DNA of 64,000 nucleotides from Antechinus flavipes (GCF_016432865.1 NC_067400.1:572012001-572076000); one strand, 5' to 3'; numbered from the stretch's first letter, positions 24,021 to 38,117 are shown. Numbers and translations: made by a program. The notes: generated by a model not told the origin, from the sequence alone.

Positions 24021-25959
24021 AGAGTAAATGTGCTAGTCCTTGCCCTTTGGAAAAATGAATTTTTGGTAAATGGTCAACAGAACAGTTTTTATTTAAAAGG
24101 AACAAATATTTTGTTTTCCAAATAGAAACATGCTCTCCTATTCTAATGTAGTTTTTTGGTATGGGAATAGACTTAAGTCCATCTCCTATACAGTTGGTTC
24201 CACCAATTTCTCATCCAAAGACATTCACAACTGAATGAGTCCTGGAATCAGCTCCTACTGAGTTATGGTTCTGAAGACCACACTTCTCAAAACAAAGATG
24301 CTACTTACTGGCTGTGGGACCCAGATTTCCTGAATGCCAAGAAGCCAAAGCACTTTCCTAACCTTTCATACAAGGTGGCAGGCTCCAAATTCCATCTCAA
24401 GATGAAAAGGGCAAATGACTAAGGATTGAAACTCTTTCACAGGACCATAGGCCTCAATAGGAAGAAGAGGCCCACATCTTCCATCATAGGAACTAGCAAA
24501 GAAGTCACTGAGTGAGGAAGGTGATGAAACCAACAGACCTTTTGGAAAACCCTGGCCAATCAAAGGACTTTGTTGTTGACACATAGTGAGCCAACTGTAA
24601 ACTAGTTACAGATTGTCGATAGCTTCTCCCCATGGCACTTCATTCTCACTCTCCCAGAAGCATCGTCCCTTGACTCTTCCATGTGGAGAGATGCCATCTA
24701 AGACATTGCCAAGTGAACAAATTTGAGATTTCCCAGCAGTTTACCTTCTCACAGTAGTGCTGTTTCGTAGCTGTGTGGTCTGAACAAGTTAGTTTTTCTG
24801 AGGATGTGGAGCTAGATGGCCACTGAGGTTTGTTACAGCTCTTGAATCTACGATCCTTTCATGTGTCTTATCTACAAAGTAAATGGTCTGGGCAAGATGA
24901 CTTCCAAATCCCTTCCAGCCATCATCCTACCAAAACCCATTGTCCCTAGGATCTGTTAAGTGAGCTTTTGGTTTGTCTGGAAGTGTGTTAGGTTGGTATG
25001 GTCTGTGAGGGTCTTATGTACATTCACTTAAGATGTGCTGGATCTCTGCTGCAACTGATGCTGAGCAACTCTTTCACCCATAAAACACCCTTCTTTTGGT
25101 ATCTACCAAGACCATAGAAGGGCTCCCAGAACCAGAGAAGAGAAAATGGGGTGGCCTCTAAGAGAATGGCCATCACGTAAAGTGTGCTTTGTTACTGCCC
25201 ATCTACTGATTTATGAGAATGGAGGCTAGGGAGTCATTAAAGTGTACCCTGTCCTCCTATGTCACCCCTTTATTCAGTTTTCTGTACCTTGAGTCTATAC
25301 AAAAACAACTTCCTCCTTTTGCCTCAGTCCCTTGAACTTTGAAAAAGTAGAGTAAAATATTGAATAAAGGGTATAATCAAGAGACCTGGGTTTGAATCAC
25401 ATCTCGGATACTTCATCGCTTTGTACTCCTGGACAAATTTTGTAAAAGATCTGGAGCTTCAGTTTGCCCATACATGAATGGATGTGTTAATATACTTGCA
25501 TTATCCACCTCACAGGTCTACTTTGAGAAAAGTATTTGATAAACTTTAAAGGACCCTATAAATGTGAGTTAGACTCACTAGAGAATGGAAGAAATGATGT
25601 CAAGATTGAAGTAAAAGGTCACTGCCAAAACTATTCCCCCAAATCTTTTCCACTACAGAAAAGACCAGGCCAAATTCTGAGTGGGGAACTCAAAGGGAAA
25701 AAATGCTCATTTTTCAAGGCCAGGGCAAGAAGTGTCTTAGGAAACAAGGTCTGTGGACCCTGGAGAGGGACTGGCTAAAAGCACAATACAACAGAAGTGG
25801 CACCAGTGGTGGCAGCAGCAACAGATGGTGGGAATGACCAGAGCAATGAGGAGTAGGCCATGCTCAGGGACAGTAGAGGGCTTGAAAACCTGGGCAGAAA
25901 GAGATCTCAAGGAGCCCTGCACTAGCACTGGGAACAGGAACAAGTGCACTTTGATAGCT

Positions 25960-28600
25960 GTCACCTTTTATTAAATTCTGGGTCACAGTTCCAGGGCAGA
26001 GGAGCAATCACAGTCGCAAGGGAACAGAGACACTATTTGTAAAAAGACAAAACATAGATCCGGAGATCAGTAACCAGCTCTCTCCCTGGATCACACTACG
26101 TTGGAAGCATCGACAATTTAGAGGCACCTATTGAGCTAAAAAAGCATCATTAGGACTTAAGATAGATCAGATCAGATGTTCTATGCATCCCCAGAAGTAC
26201 AGAGCTCAATATATAAAATCCAATATAAGAAATAGATTGGAAAAATTAGGGAACGACAAAAAAAATCTGACCATAAAAAACTGCTATGGTGACAGGGAAG
26301 TTCAAGATACAAAAACTGAGAAGACAGTGATTTAAAACATCGACAAAAGCCTCAAAGAAAAAGCAGATTGGATACAAGCCCGCAAATTCCTAAAAGAGCT
26401 GAATATTTTATTATAGCTTTTTATTTACAAAACATATGCACGGGTAATTTTTCAACACTGACCCTGGAGAAACCTTCAGCTCCAAATTTTCCTCTCTTTC
26501 CCCCCATCCCCTCCCCTAGATGGCAAGTATTTCAATACATGTTAAAATATATGTTAAAACCAATATATGTATACATATCCATACAGTTATCTTGCTGCAC
26601 AAGAAAAATCTGATCTAGAAAGAAAAACAAAAATTCAAGAAAACAAAGAATGAAAATGCTATGTTGTAGTACATATTCAGTTTCCACAGTCCTCTCCCTG
26701 GGTGTGGATGGCTCATCATTGAACAATTGGAACTGTTCTGAATCAATCCATTGTTGAAGAGAGCCACATCCATCAGAATTGATCATTGTATAGTCTTGTT
26801 GCCATGTATAATGATCTGGTTCTGCTCATTTCATTTAGCATCAGTTCATATAAGTCTCTCCAGGCCTCCCTGAAATTGTCCTGTTGGTCTTTTCTTACAG
26901 AACAATAATATTCCATAACATTCCTATATCATAATTTATTCAGCCATTCTCCAATTGATGGCCATCCATTCAGTTTCCAGTTCCTTGCCACTACAAAGAG
27001 GGCTGCCACAAACATTTTTGCAGATGTGGGTTCTTTTCCCTTCTTTATGATCTCTTTGGAATATAAGCCCAATAGTAACACTGCTAGGTCAAAGAGTATG
27101 CATAGTTTGATAATTTTTTAGCATAGTTCCAAATTGAAGAGCTGAATATTTTTAAAGAGCAATGATATTTTAATCAAATATGGGAATAGAGTTATGCAAG
27201 AAAATTACGAAAAGGGAATTATAGCTTGTTAAAAGAAGTACCGAAAGGGCCTGAAGAAAACTTTAAAATGATTTACCAAATGTTTAAAAGGTACAGAATC
27301 TCAGAGAAGAAAACAATTCCTTAAAAATTAGAATTGAACATTGTAGTTAAAACAAATTCAAAAGACTAAAGAATATAGAAGAAAATGTGAAGTATTTCAT
27401 AGGGAAAACAGCTGACCTGGAAAATAAATCGAAGGGAGAGAGTTTAAGAATTATTGGTCTTACCTGAAAGCCATAAACAGAAAAGAACTTGACATATTTC
27501 AAGAAGTTTTATAAAAGAAAACCACCCAGATATTTTAGAAAGAGGACAAAGTAGAAATTGAAGAAATGTACTACATCTTCTGGAAGAAAAATCCCAAATA
27601 AAAACTCCCAGAAAGATTGCAGCCAAAATCCAGAGCTCCCAGGTCAAGGGGAAAATGCTGAAAGCAGAAATAATTCAGATATCATGGAACCATAGTCAGA
27701 ATAACAATGTTTAGCAATTATTACATAAAGAAGCAGAACACTTGGGAAATGATAGTCCAGAAGGCAAAGGAGCTAGGATTATAACCCTATAAAACTGAGC
27801 ATACTGCTACTGGGGGGAAATGAATGTAATGAAACACAGGGCTTTCAAGCATTCTTGATTCAGAACTAAAATTTGACATTTAAATATAAAAATCAAGAGA
27901 AGCATAAAAAGGTAAGTGAGAAATTATAAGGAACTAACTAAATAAGGTTAAAGTATTTACATTCTTATGTGGGAAGATAAAACATCTATATGACATCATC
28001 AAAAAACTCTTTAAGGGAGTAGTCTATTTAGACAGGGCATAGGTATGTCTATTATGTCATGATTATCAAAAGAATAATGGAAGGATAAGAATGGTGGAGG
28101 CACAAGGGGAAGGAAAGAGAAAGATGGAGGAAATTGTCTCATAAAAAAATGACAAAGAATCATACAATGGAGGGGGAAATTGTGGAAGTAGCTGGCAAGA
28201 CTTGAACATCAGTCTCATCTGACCTAATTCAAGGTAGAAAGAATATACATACACAAGTACAAAAATTCATCTTCCCCAATAAAAATGTGGAAAAAATAGA
28301 ATATGAGAAAGTAGGAGAGGAATACAAGGGATAAATTAAGGAAAGCAGTGGTCAGAAAAGAGACCCTTGAGGAGGGGGCAAGGTAAAACTCATGAGAACT
28401 ATTACTGTGAATATAAATGGGATGAACTCTCCCAAAAGAAAACTATTGGAGAACTATTAATCTGTGAATATGAATGGGATGAAGTCACCCATAAAATGGA
28501 AGAAGGTAGCAGATTTATAGTAGAAACTGAAATCCAGCAATCTATTGTTTACAAGAGACACATTTGACACAAAGATAAACACACAGTTAAAGGGCTAGAA
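25960..28600 (+). mobile_element. Old L1, ORF1 and start of ORF2 (degenerate), interrupted by a younger L1
   Basis: ORF1-like A-rich sequence (ttaagaattattggtcttacctgaaagccat) and endonuclease start (ctgtgaatatgaatgggatgaa, LNVNG-like). The endonuclease start is tandemly duplicated at ~28388-28495. Confidence 0.75.
26410..27136 (-). mobile_element. Younger L1 3' fragment nested in the old L1
   Basis: Perfect 16-bp TSD aagagctgaatatttt at 26394-26409 and 27137-27152. Confidence 0.9.
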
Positions 28601-29029
28601 TAGAATCCTTGATATTCTTCAGCTGAAGTAGAATACTGAATAAGGAGTGAGATACAGAAGAATATAGTGATAGAACTCTGGTTTGGAGGTCAAAAAGCCA
28701 AATCCTGCTTCTCTACTTTTTGACCTGGGGCAAATTAATTCCCCTCTCTAGGTCTATAATTTTCTCATCTGTAAGACTGGCATTAATTAATTAATAAGAC
28801 TGGCCAGATTCTAAAGACCCTCTCAGTATATAAAGCATCACCTTATCACAGAAGTAAGCATTGATTACTCCTATTTTGCTTTGATATATAGTTTCTTGCT
28901 CCTTTTATCCTTGCAGAGCCTATCCTTGTTTCATTGTGTCAGAGCTGCTTTGTGGGCAGACATGGGGAAATTTAAGCTGCCTTTAGGGGTAGTAAATTCC
29001 CCATCACAAATTGCAGAGGTTAGTTGGTA

Positions 29030-30010
29030 TCTGTCAGGCACTATCAAGAAGAGACATCCTAACTGTGAATCAATACAACCATTTGGAAAAGCATTTTGGA
29101 ATTATGCAAACAGCATTCCAAAATGTCCATTCCTTTTGACCTAGAAATCCCATTATTAAGCATATACCCCAAAGGGGAAAGTGATAAAGTTCTCATATAA
29201 AAATGACTACAAAAACAATAGCTATGATTTAAAGTTTAAATTATTTGTGATTTAGTGTTTGTACACTGTACATATGTTGTTACATTTGACCCTCAAAATA
29301 ACCTTGTAAAGTCTTTGATGATATTTTATTTTACAGATGAGGAAACTTGAGGCAGCAGAAATTGTGACTTGCCTTAGATAACAGGGCTAGTAAGTCTGAG
29401 GTGGGATTTGAACCAAGTCATCTTGATTCCAAGTTCAGCACTCTAAACCCACTTTACCACCTACTTTATATATATATATATATAAAGATAGCCCTTTTTG
29501 TGGTAAAAAAAAAAAAAAGACATTAACTAAACAGATGCACATCAATTGGGATAAACAAATTGCGGTATATGAATATAATTACATATTACTATGCTATTAG
29601 AAATGATAAAGGTGATGAATATAGAGAATAAAAAGATAATTTATATAAAGTGAATGCAAAGTGAAGTAGTAGATCTAAGAAAAGAGTATACACAATAATT
29701 ACAATGTACATCGAACCATCAGAAAATAATTGAAAAGGAATGTTGCAAAATTACAGAAAAAGCACAGACTCAGAAAAGAAATATAAAAAGACACCTCCCT
29801 CACCACTTTAACAGAGGTTAGGGGTCCACATGTAAAAGAACATTGCATATATTTTTAGACTTTTTGATGCATTAGTCAATTTTTGCTGATTTTTTCTCTT
29901 TGAAAAGAATTTTTGTTACATGGGATGGCTCTCTGAGAGAGAAGAGGGAAAGGAATACTGACAAAAATTTAGGCAATGTAAAAACAAAAGATATCAATTA
30001 AAAATGAGAA
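29030..30010 (+). mobile_element. Old L1 3' region
   Basis: aatacaaccatttggaaaagcattttggaattatgc and tail cagaaaaacaaaagatatc-like sequence; interrupted by a MIR. Confidence 0.65.
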
Positions 30011-30834
30011 AGAGGAATAGAAAGAGAAGATATACTCCTATACGGAAATCCTTGAACTAGAATAAGATACATTGTGTAGACCATTTCAGTGAGGAACAAT
30101 CTGAAGAAAAAACAAAAAAGATTTTGTTGGACCACCTAGGCGAAAGGCAGAATTAGATGATGACTTGCAGAGACAGATTACAAAACTGGCATGGAGCAAG
30201 ATCTAGGAGAGTCTTCAACTCTCTAAAAATCTATTAGAGTTTTCTTTGTCAGAGACATAGACGTTGACTGTTCTCTTGCTTTGTTTATATGTTCATCCTT
30301 CACAGAATGGGTGAAGTAAAAGTATGAATGACTCTGACTTATCAGGAGGAATAATTAAGGGAGGCATTATCATGGTCTAATTGAAAGTTCTGCATTCAGA
30401 GTGAAAGAACCCAAGTTCAAATTCTGACTCTGCTAACCTATTAATTGTCAACTCCTTTTATCTTTCTAGGCCTCCATTTCCTCTGCTCTAAAATAAAGAG
30501 CTCTATAAATATAAATAAAAGAACTCTAATGTCTCTTCCAGATCTAAATCTGTGAGCTATGATTCTATGAAAATTCATAAGCATCTAGGTGGGATGATGG
30601 GTAGAGTGCTAGACTTAGAAGTACCTAAGTTTAAATCCCATCTATGTGACTCTGAGCAAGTTATTTCATCTCTGTCTACTTTGGATTTCTCATTTATGCC
30701 TGCCTTCTAGAGTTATTGTGAGGATAAATTGAAATAAAATATGGAAATCACTTTGCAAAACTCAGAGTGCTATATAAGTTCTAGTTAATATTATTCCACA
30801 GAAGAAATTAGCTCAAGAAGGGTATGTAACTCTC

Positions 30835-30870
30835 ATGAACAACATTCTGATAATGAACAACATTCTGATA
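30835..30870. repeat. Perfect 18-bp tandem duplication atgaacaacattctgata x2
   Basis: Direct read. Confidence 0.95.
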
Positions 30871-30959
30871 ACACAAATGTAAATGATTCTGGTAAGGAAC
30901 AAAAAAGCATCATTTTAAAAGACCCAAAGATGGGTGCACATTAACATTGTTAGACTTTA

Positions 30960-31530
30960 AAAAGATGTGCATATTCCAAAGTCATCAAAAAAAGGAAAAT
31001 GACCTATTTGTACAGAAAAAGTAGCAAGTTTTTTTGTGATGGCCAAATTGGAAATCAATTTGGGGAATGGTTAAGCTAACTGTGGCATATGCTTGTAATA
31101 GAATATTATTGTGCTATAAGAAATGACAAACAGGATGCTTTCAGAAAAACCTGGATTTCTGTGAACTGATGCATGGTGAAATGAACAGAAACAACAATGT
31201 GTTTGATGAAGAATTGTGAATGACTTAGCTATTCTCAGCAATAAAATGATGCAAGACAATCCCAAAGGACTTAGGTTGAAGCATACTATTTGCTCCAGAG
31301 AAAGAACTGATATTGATTGAATGCAGACTGAAGTATGCAATTTTCACTTCTTTTTAAAATTTTATATGAGTCTTCTTGTACAAAATGACCAATAAGTAAA
31401 TGTTTTACATAATTGCATATGTATAGCTTATATCTGATTGCTTACCTTCTCAAGCAGGGGAAAGGAGAAGAAGGAGGGAGAGATAGAATTTGGAACTCAA
31501 AGCTTTAAATAAAAATATGAAAAGAATGAC
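30960..31530 (+). mobile_element. L1 3' fragment
   Basis: ggggaatggttaagctaactgtggcat...gcaagacaatcccaaaggact typical of marsupial L1 3' ends. Confidence 0.75.
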
Positions 31531-31589
31531 AAAAAAAGATGTGCATAGGCAGGCAATGGAAAATGAACACAAAAGTGTCAGAACTCTAT

Positions 31590-32105
31590 AAAATTAAGAG
31601 ATAGTAGTACAAAATTTCAGAAAAAGCTGAGAGTGGTAAAGAATGCCAAAGAAGGCAAAAAAGGATTTTTTAGGTTTATTAAAGACAAAGGAAAGATCAA
31701 GGATCAAGAAAGAACTCTTTCTTGGTGTGGATGGAGTAATAAGAGATGATAGAAGGCATTTTAAAATTTTTTCTGTTTTCTTTATACTGGGAACTATAGA
31801 ACAAGTATCTAATGAAAATTAAGTCCAAGATGAGTAAAAAGTTGTTGAGGTAGGACCAAGCTTACTGAATTCAAGTCATCAGGGCTCAGATGAATTATAT
31901 TTCAGGAGCCTGAAAGAACTTGATCATATGATGAACAGAACTGTGAAGAGTGATCTTTGAAAAATTCTAGAGCATAAGAAAAGTGTTGAAAGATGGCTGT
32001 AGTTTTCAGAAAGGTGTTGACTGTTCAAACTATAGGCTAATGAACTTAATTTTCATCGCTGGCAAAATTCTAGAATATATTGTTAAAGGTCGAGTTAGTG
32101 AAGAT
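31590..32105 (+). mobile_element. L3/CR1 LINE ORF2 fragment (pre-RT and RT start)
   Basis: Translates to KNAKEGKKGFFRFIK, SGLDELYFRSLKEL and NYRLMNLIFIAGKILEYIVK (CR1 consensus NYRPVSLTSIPGKILE). Confidence 0.85.
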
Positions 32106-32267
32106 TTTTCTAAATCTCCTTTCTTGGGGAGCAGTGATTACTCTAAGAGTTCAAGAATAATTCATAGCATTTCTGGTAAGATGAAGGAGGACTTCTGCTC
32201 TCCCTTATGCCCCAATAAAGGCCATAGAAATATTAAGAAAAAGAAAAGCAGAGAAAGGAGAAAATTC

Positions 32268-32552
32268 TTTTTTTAAAGATTATCTCTTTTATTTCAGGCT
32301 GGATGGGCAACAGCTATATACTGGCCTAATCTTACTACTGATCGGCATGGAAATTTTAAATAGCTCCATGTCTGACCTGGACTGATTCACTCCTCAAGCA
32401 ATCTCTTGTCCCTAACTTCCAGGAGCTCACCATATATTGGTTTCAGACTTAATGTAGAAACCTAATTGACTTTAGCCCTTCTGCATTTCAGAACTCCTGA
32501 ACTCAATCACCAGCCTCAGCCTCCCTTAGTAGCAGAGATTACAGCTACACCC
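32268..32552 (-). pseudogene. 7SL RNA-derived retrocopy (SRP RNA pseudogene / P7SL-like)
   Basis: Collinear with antisense 7SL: caggctgga..., ctactgatcggcatgg, tctgacctggactgattcac, gctcaccatat, cagaactcctgaactcaa, gcctcagcctccc; upstream poly-T. Confidence 0.85.
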
Positions 32553-33539
32553 TCAGGGAGAATGCAAATTCTTTAAAAACAAAACAACAACAACAAAACA
32601 AACCCAAAAAACAATACAACAATGGAAAAAAAAAAAAAAAAACTTTTCTTTTGAATTAAAAGTGAGATCTAGGGACAATTAGGTGGCAAAGTAGAAAGAG
32701 CATTGACCTTGAAGTATAGAGGACCTGACTTCAAATTCAGCCTCAGACACTAACTGTGACTCCAGGCAAGTCATTTAATCCAAATGCCTCCCCACCCCCC
32801 CAAAAAACCAAAGAGACCTAGCTGATGCTGATACAAGAGTCACCTTAGCTTCCCACTTTCTGTCACACCTAGGACCGCTACCTCAGACACGTGTTGCCAG
32901 GCCTGAGAAGTTGGGGGGTAGAGAAGCTAAGCGTTTATCACTGCCCCACACTACCCCAAAGAGGAAATAAGGAAATAAAGGGCCATCTTTGATACATCTG
33001 ACCAAGAGCCTCTCTCAGATTGTGGCCGAAGATATAAATAAAACCAAGCCTGACAATCCCTGTCTTCAAGGAACTTGTATTCTTTTCCCCTCCCCAAATT
33101 CAATCTAATTTATTCTTGTCCACAAATATATGAGTTTAAACACCAGTATTCCTTGGGGTTCGATGCCATTTCTGCATTAAAACCTTTCTCTACTCTCCCA
33201 ACAAAAGAAGTTGTTTCTGCATCCTATCAATTCCTATTGAAAATTGCACATCTCTCCACTTTTCTTACTGCACTGATTTTTCCAAATTTATAATTTATAA
33301 TGATCTATATTCAAATCAGATCTCCTATTAGACTAGAAACTTTTTAAGAGCGGTGACTTTGTCTTCTAAATTGGTTTTATTCCTCACAACAAGTGAGATG
33401 AACCTTTGCACAATGTGGGAATTCAATGTTTTGCTAATTAAATGAATAAATGTCTTTTTAGGCAAAGACAGTTTTAAAAGTTATCCAGAAATAATTTCAT
33501 TGATTGAGAATCAACTTTGGAAACCTAATGATGTCTTTT

Positions 33540-34310
33540 TTAGAAGACTTAATAGTATTTTATTTTTCCAAATACATGCAAACATAGTTTTCAACATTCA
33601 CCTTGACAATATCTTGTGTTTCAAATTTTTCTCCTCCTTTCTTCCCCTTCTCCCTCTCCAAGACAGCAAGCAATCTGATATAGTTAAACATGTGCAATTC
33701 TTTTAAACTTTCATATTTATCATGCACAAGAAAAATCAGATCAAAAGAGAAAAATAACATGAGATAGAAAAAAATGAGCAAACAATAACAAAAAAGGTAA
33801 AAATGCTATGCTTTGTTCCACATTCAGGCTCCATAATTCTCTGGATGTACATGGCTCTCTCCATCACAAATCTATTGGAATTGCCTTGAATCACTTCATT
33901 GTTGAAAAGACCCAAGTCCATCACAGTTAATCATCTTTTGGGGTTTTTTAAAGTTACATAATCTCATTGTTGCTGTGTACAATGTTTTCTTGCTTCTGCT
34001 CACTTCACTCAGCGTCAGTTCATGTAAGTCTTTCAGACTTTTTTGAAATCATCCTGCTGATCATTTCTTTTAGAACCATAACATTCATATACCATTACTT
34101 ATTCAGACATTCCCCAACTGATGGGCATCCATTCAGATTCCAGCTTCTAGTTACTACTGAAAAGGCTGCCACAAACATTTTTACACATGTGAGTCCCTTT
34201 CCCTCTTTTATGTCTCTTTGGAAAACAGGCCCAGTAGAGACACTGCTGGGTCAAAGGATATGCACGTTTTGATAGCCCTTCAGACATAGTTCCAATTTGC
34301 TCAAGGAGCT
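33540..34310 (-). mobile_element. L1 3' fragment
   Basis: Same family as 26410-27136 and 61182-62180. Confidence 0.85.
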
Positions 34311-35402
34311 TGTTTTCTAATAGGGAAAGAAAAAAGATGAAAGGAAGCTGGGAAGTAATGGGAAGTGGGTAGTAAAGATTCTCCATGGCATGGAGATAGT
34401 CTTGAAGTCCTGTGGAGCCCTAGGTCTTGGCCAGCTAAAGTTCAAATTGACCTATTGGGACCCACGGGGGTCACACGGACAAAGTCCAATTTTTCTGTGA
34501 GGAGGAGGAAGAAATGCTGGGTTAGAGATGACCCAAAAATGACTTTGTGCGGTTGGGGATGGGATGCCAGCTCTCTGAAGTAGGCGGTTGAGGAAGCAGT
34601 CTATAATTCTTCCTAGAAGGGCTTCCCCTCATCAGTGTAACTTCTCAGGTCTGAGGAAAAGAAGGGAAGGAGAAAAACAACTTCAGCTGCCATGACTGCT
34701 CCAGCCATCTCCTGAGAATCATGGCCTGGAAAGCCATCTGAACTTCCACTGACATACCTTCCATGCATGGGAAGAGGAAGGGGACAGAAGGCCTGGAAAA
34801 GAGATGGAAGAGGACCAGAACTCTTCCAGCCTCTCCTCTGGGTACCAATATCCTCTGGGCCTCTCCCCTTCCCCACATCTGGGGTGGGGGGGAGCCCTCA
34901 CTGCTTCTGTAAGCTGTCTCCTTACACTTGTTAAAGGAGTTGGACTAGGCAGTCTCTTCCAGCTCTAAGTCTGCTCTCTTGTGATTTTTTCCCATAGAAG
35001 CAACAAGGTGAGGGCAGGGGGGATGGGTGGTGGTGTGGAGCTAAATTGATGGATCAAATTCAAGTCAAAGAAATAATCTGCCTCAGTAAAGAAATTCTGC
35101 AATATTAAAAACCCAAGGGATAAACCTAATGCCAAATTGCGAGCTGAATCTGCAACAAAGGAGAGAGAAATACCAAAAGATAACATAAATTAAATGATAA
35201 ACATATTAAAGAAATTGGAAGCCGATTCTAATGGAGGGGTATGGAGGGAGGCAAGAAAAGAAACAAAGAAATCTGACAAAAAATGAAAAACATTACAGTA
35301 GACTTGCAGACATTGATTAGAGGGAAAAAAAATAAATGGAGTCAAGCAAAGCTCAATGGACAGTGAGAACGAAATGGAAGAATAATCTTCAATGCACATA
35401 TT

Positions 35403-35406
<4 letters not shown>

Positions 35407-35476
<70 letters not shown>
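35407..35476. repeat. Compound (TC)n(TA)n microsatellite
   Basis: Direct read. Confidence 0.98.
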
Positions 35477-35477
<1 letters not shown>

Positions 35478-35649
35478 CAACCATAGCTCTGAGTCAATAG
35501 GAGTGACAGGAAACTGAAATAAGAGGTTTTTTGTTTTTTTTTTTTAAACACTAAGCTTGAACATGAAGAGAGAGATTAGTAAATTAATACCTCTGCCATG
35601 AAGTTCTCTGGCTAACATCCTATAGGAAGAAACGCCCTTTAGAGTGGTA

Positions 35650-35890
35650 GGAGTGAGGAAGAGAGGGATAGGGAAAAAGAGAAAGAAGGAAAGAGGGAAG
35701 GGGAGAAAGGAAGAGACAAAGAGAGAAAGGAGAGGAGAAAGGGGAGAAAAGGAGGGAGGGAGAAAAAGAAGTGGAGAGAAAAGAGGGAGGAAGGGAAGGA
35801 GAGAGGGGAAGAAAAGGAGGAGGGAGAGAAAAGAGGAAGGAGAAATGAGGGAAAAGAGAGAAGAGAAAGGAGAGACAAAGAGAAAAGGGA
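35650..35890. repeat. GA-rich polypurine low-complexity tract
   Basis: ~240 nt almost exclusively A/G on the + strand. Confidence 0.95.
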
Positions 35891-36569
35891 CAGACAGACT
35901 TGGGAGCAGAATAATTCCATCTTGTTTGTCCCACTCAATCTTTGGGACAGATCAGTTGATCACCCACTGTTCTTGCCTTGAAACACTGGAAAGCTGCTCT
36001 ACCTTGGCAGATTTGCAAATGTTAAAAAAAAAAAAATCCCTAAGAGAAAATCTTACCTATTCCTAACTGGGAGTTATGAGAAATTGAATTTCCTTTCCTC
36101 TACTCTGCCTGCTACTTGAGAGGGTTGCAGTGTTGCAGCTAAGGAATATATGTACTGGGGGTATAGATGGTCATCTAGAATGATTTCTACCATTCTAATT
36201 GGAATTGTTATAAAGTATGACACAAGAAAGACAGCAGGTGAAGAGATGAAGGGAAGAAGTTTATGGCTTGGGGACCTTGAGTCATGAGATTTAAAGGCTA
36301 AACTTACATGAGAATGAATATCAACATCACTCATAAAGGGATCAGTGACAGCCAGCAGCTCTGAGTTTGAGAATAGACTGGAGAGCTTAGAAAGCACCCC
36401 AAAACACCCTCTAGTCTTAGTGGACCTACTTACTCCAGATCTCTGCTGGATGACATTATTGGATCCTTTCTGAGGGAAGTCCCCTTCACTGAGAGGGATC
36501 AGGACCTTTTCTCACATTCTCTGGTTTTCTACTACTACAGAATCCTGCAGGAAACTACTTAAAAGATTT

Positions 36570-36868
36570 GTTTTTGTTGCTTTTGAGATTGAGTCTCCTT
36601 ATCTTGCTCAGAAAGGAAATGAAGTAGCCACTTGAGGATCCAACTCTAGAGCTGATGAGCTTGGAAGTTTTGACTCATTTTGTTTCCAATCTGAACTGGT
36701 TCACCTTTTCTTAATGAATCTGGGGGGCCCATCACTTTTGAGGATGCCAGGTTTAGTGTAGGTACCCTATCAACCCCTTTTTGCTCGGAACTCTTCAACT
36801 CAAGCGATCCATCAGCCACAACTTCCCCAATAGCAAGGATTTCAGGCATTGTACCACCATACTCAGCT
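36570..36868 (-). pseudogene. Second 7SL-derived retrocopy, near full length
   Basis: Reverse complement reads agctgagtatggtggtacaatgcctgaaatcc...ggatcgcttgagt...ggtgaaccagttcagattggaaac...gtcaaaact...gagactcaatctc + A-rich tail. Confidence 0.85.
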
Positions 36869-36962
36869 ATTGTCAATTTTAAAGGCCTTCTAATTTATAA
36901 CCCTAAATATGTACTGACTCTTTAATTTTTTCAATAATTATGTTTTTAAAATCTCAAGTCCA

Positions 36963-37105
36963 GAGGCATCCAGGTGGTGCAATGGATAGAGCACTACCCC
37001 TGAAGTCAGGAAGACCTGAGTTCAAATTTGATCTCAGATACATAACACTTGCTAGCTGCATTATTCTGGGCAAGTCACTTAACCTCGATTGCCTCGGGGG
37101 AGAGG
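36963..37105 (+). mobile_element. WSINE1-type short marsupial SINE
   Basis: ggtggtgcaatggatagagcac...gaagtcaggaagacctgagttcaaat...gcaagtcacttaacc. Confidence 0.85.
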
Positions 37106-38117
37106 GAAGGGGGACACTAAAATCCTAATTTCTTTTTTTTTTTTCAAAAGCTTATTTAATTTTTTAAAAACAGATGTAGACACAGTTTTCTAAATAATAG
37201 TATCTTGTTTTCCTTATCTCAAGCTTGTCTTGGTCTTTTAAATTTGGGGAATTTTTATAGTCTTTGATCTCTTTCTGATTTTAAATGTCTTTTCTCAAGC
37301 AAAATGTTGAAAATTTCATGAAATGTAATTTTTGGCACACATACACACAAGAGACATAAGAGAAGAAACCAATCTAAAGAAGACCTATAAGGGAAAAGTG
37401 ATGGTAGTTGTGGGACGTTCCCAGAGACGGGAGAGTTGGGATTGGAGCCCAGGTGGCCTTGGAGAGGAGAGATAAGGAAGAAATAAGGAAGAGGGAATTA
37501 GAGAGGAAGAGGGAGAAGAGAAAGCTCACAGACAAAGTCCTCTTCTGAGAGGGAGAAGTGATATGGGAGGCTTGGCAAGAGAAGAAAAGGATTTGAAGCT
37601 GATATTTCAGGGTATAGGACTGAAAACCAATCAAGGAAGGACAATCAAATTGTTATTCAGTAGTGAGAGCCCAATTAAGGTGCTATGGTATTTTTCTGGT
37701 TCTATTCTTCGGAGTGGCCCACAATTTTAATTCTTCTGAGACTAGGATATTATATGATTTTCAGGCATACAGCATTGTGGTACCAAAAAAGGAAACTTTG
37801 AGAAAAAGTTCCAAATGATTACAAGAACTGCACAATTTCCCAAAAGAAACAAACCCCCAAAAATCTCTTTTTGTTTTGAACTCTATACTGGACATCCCCA
37901 TGATGGCAACAGATAACTTTTGATGATTTCCCTGAAGAAATTAATAATTAGAGATCAGTAAGCAAAGTTATATCTGTAATATCATTTAAGGAATTTATAA
38001 TCATTTTGATATAAGTGTATGTATGAGTACTCTTGGAAGACACCTTGTGGAACAAGAAGTTCCTAACATTTTCTGGGTCATGGACACTTTTGGCAGACTG
38101 GTAAAACCCATGGGCCT

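Noticed and set aside
24450-24475. TIGL peptide resembling A3GALT2 NLTIGLT
   Set aside because: Four residues only; the flanks do not match.
24594-24612. Near-palindrome ctgtaaactagttacag
   Set aside because: Short, imperfect and isolated; expected by chance in 64 kb.
35620-36066. Overlapping 99-140 aa ORFs rich in R/K/E/G or S/L/F/P
   Set aside because: Translation of a polypurine low-complexity tract, which lacks stop codons for compositional reasons.
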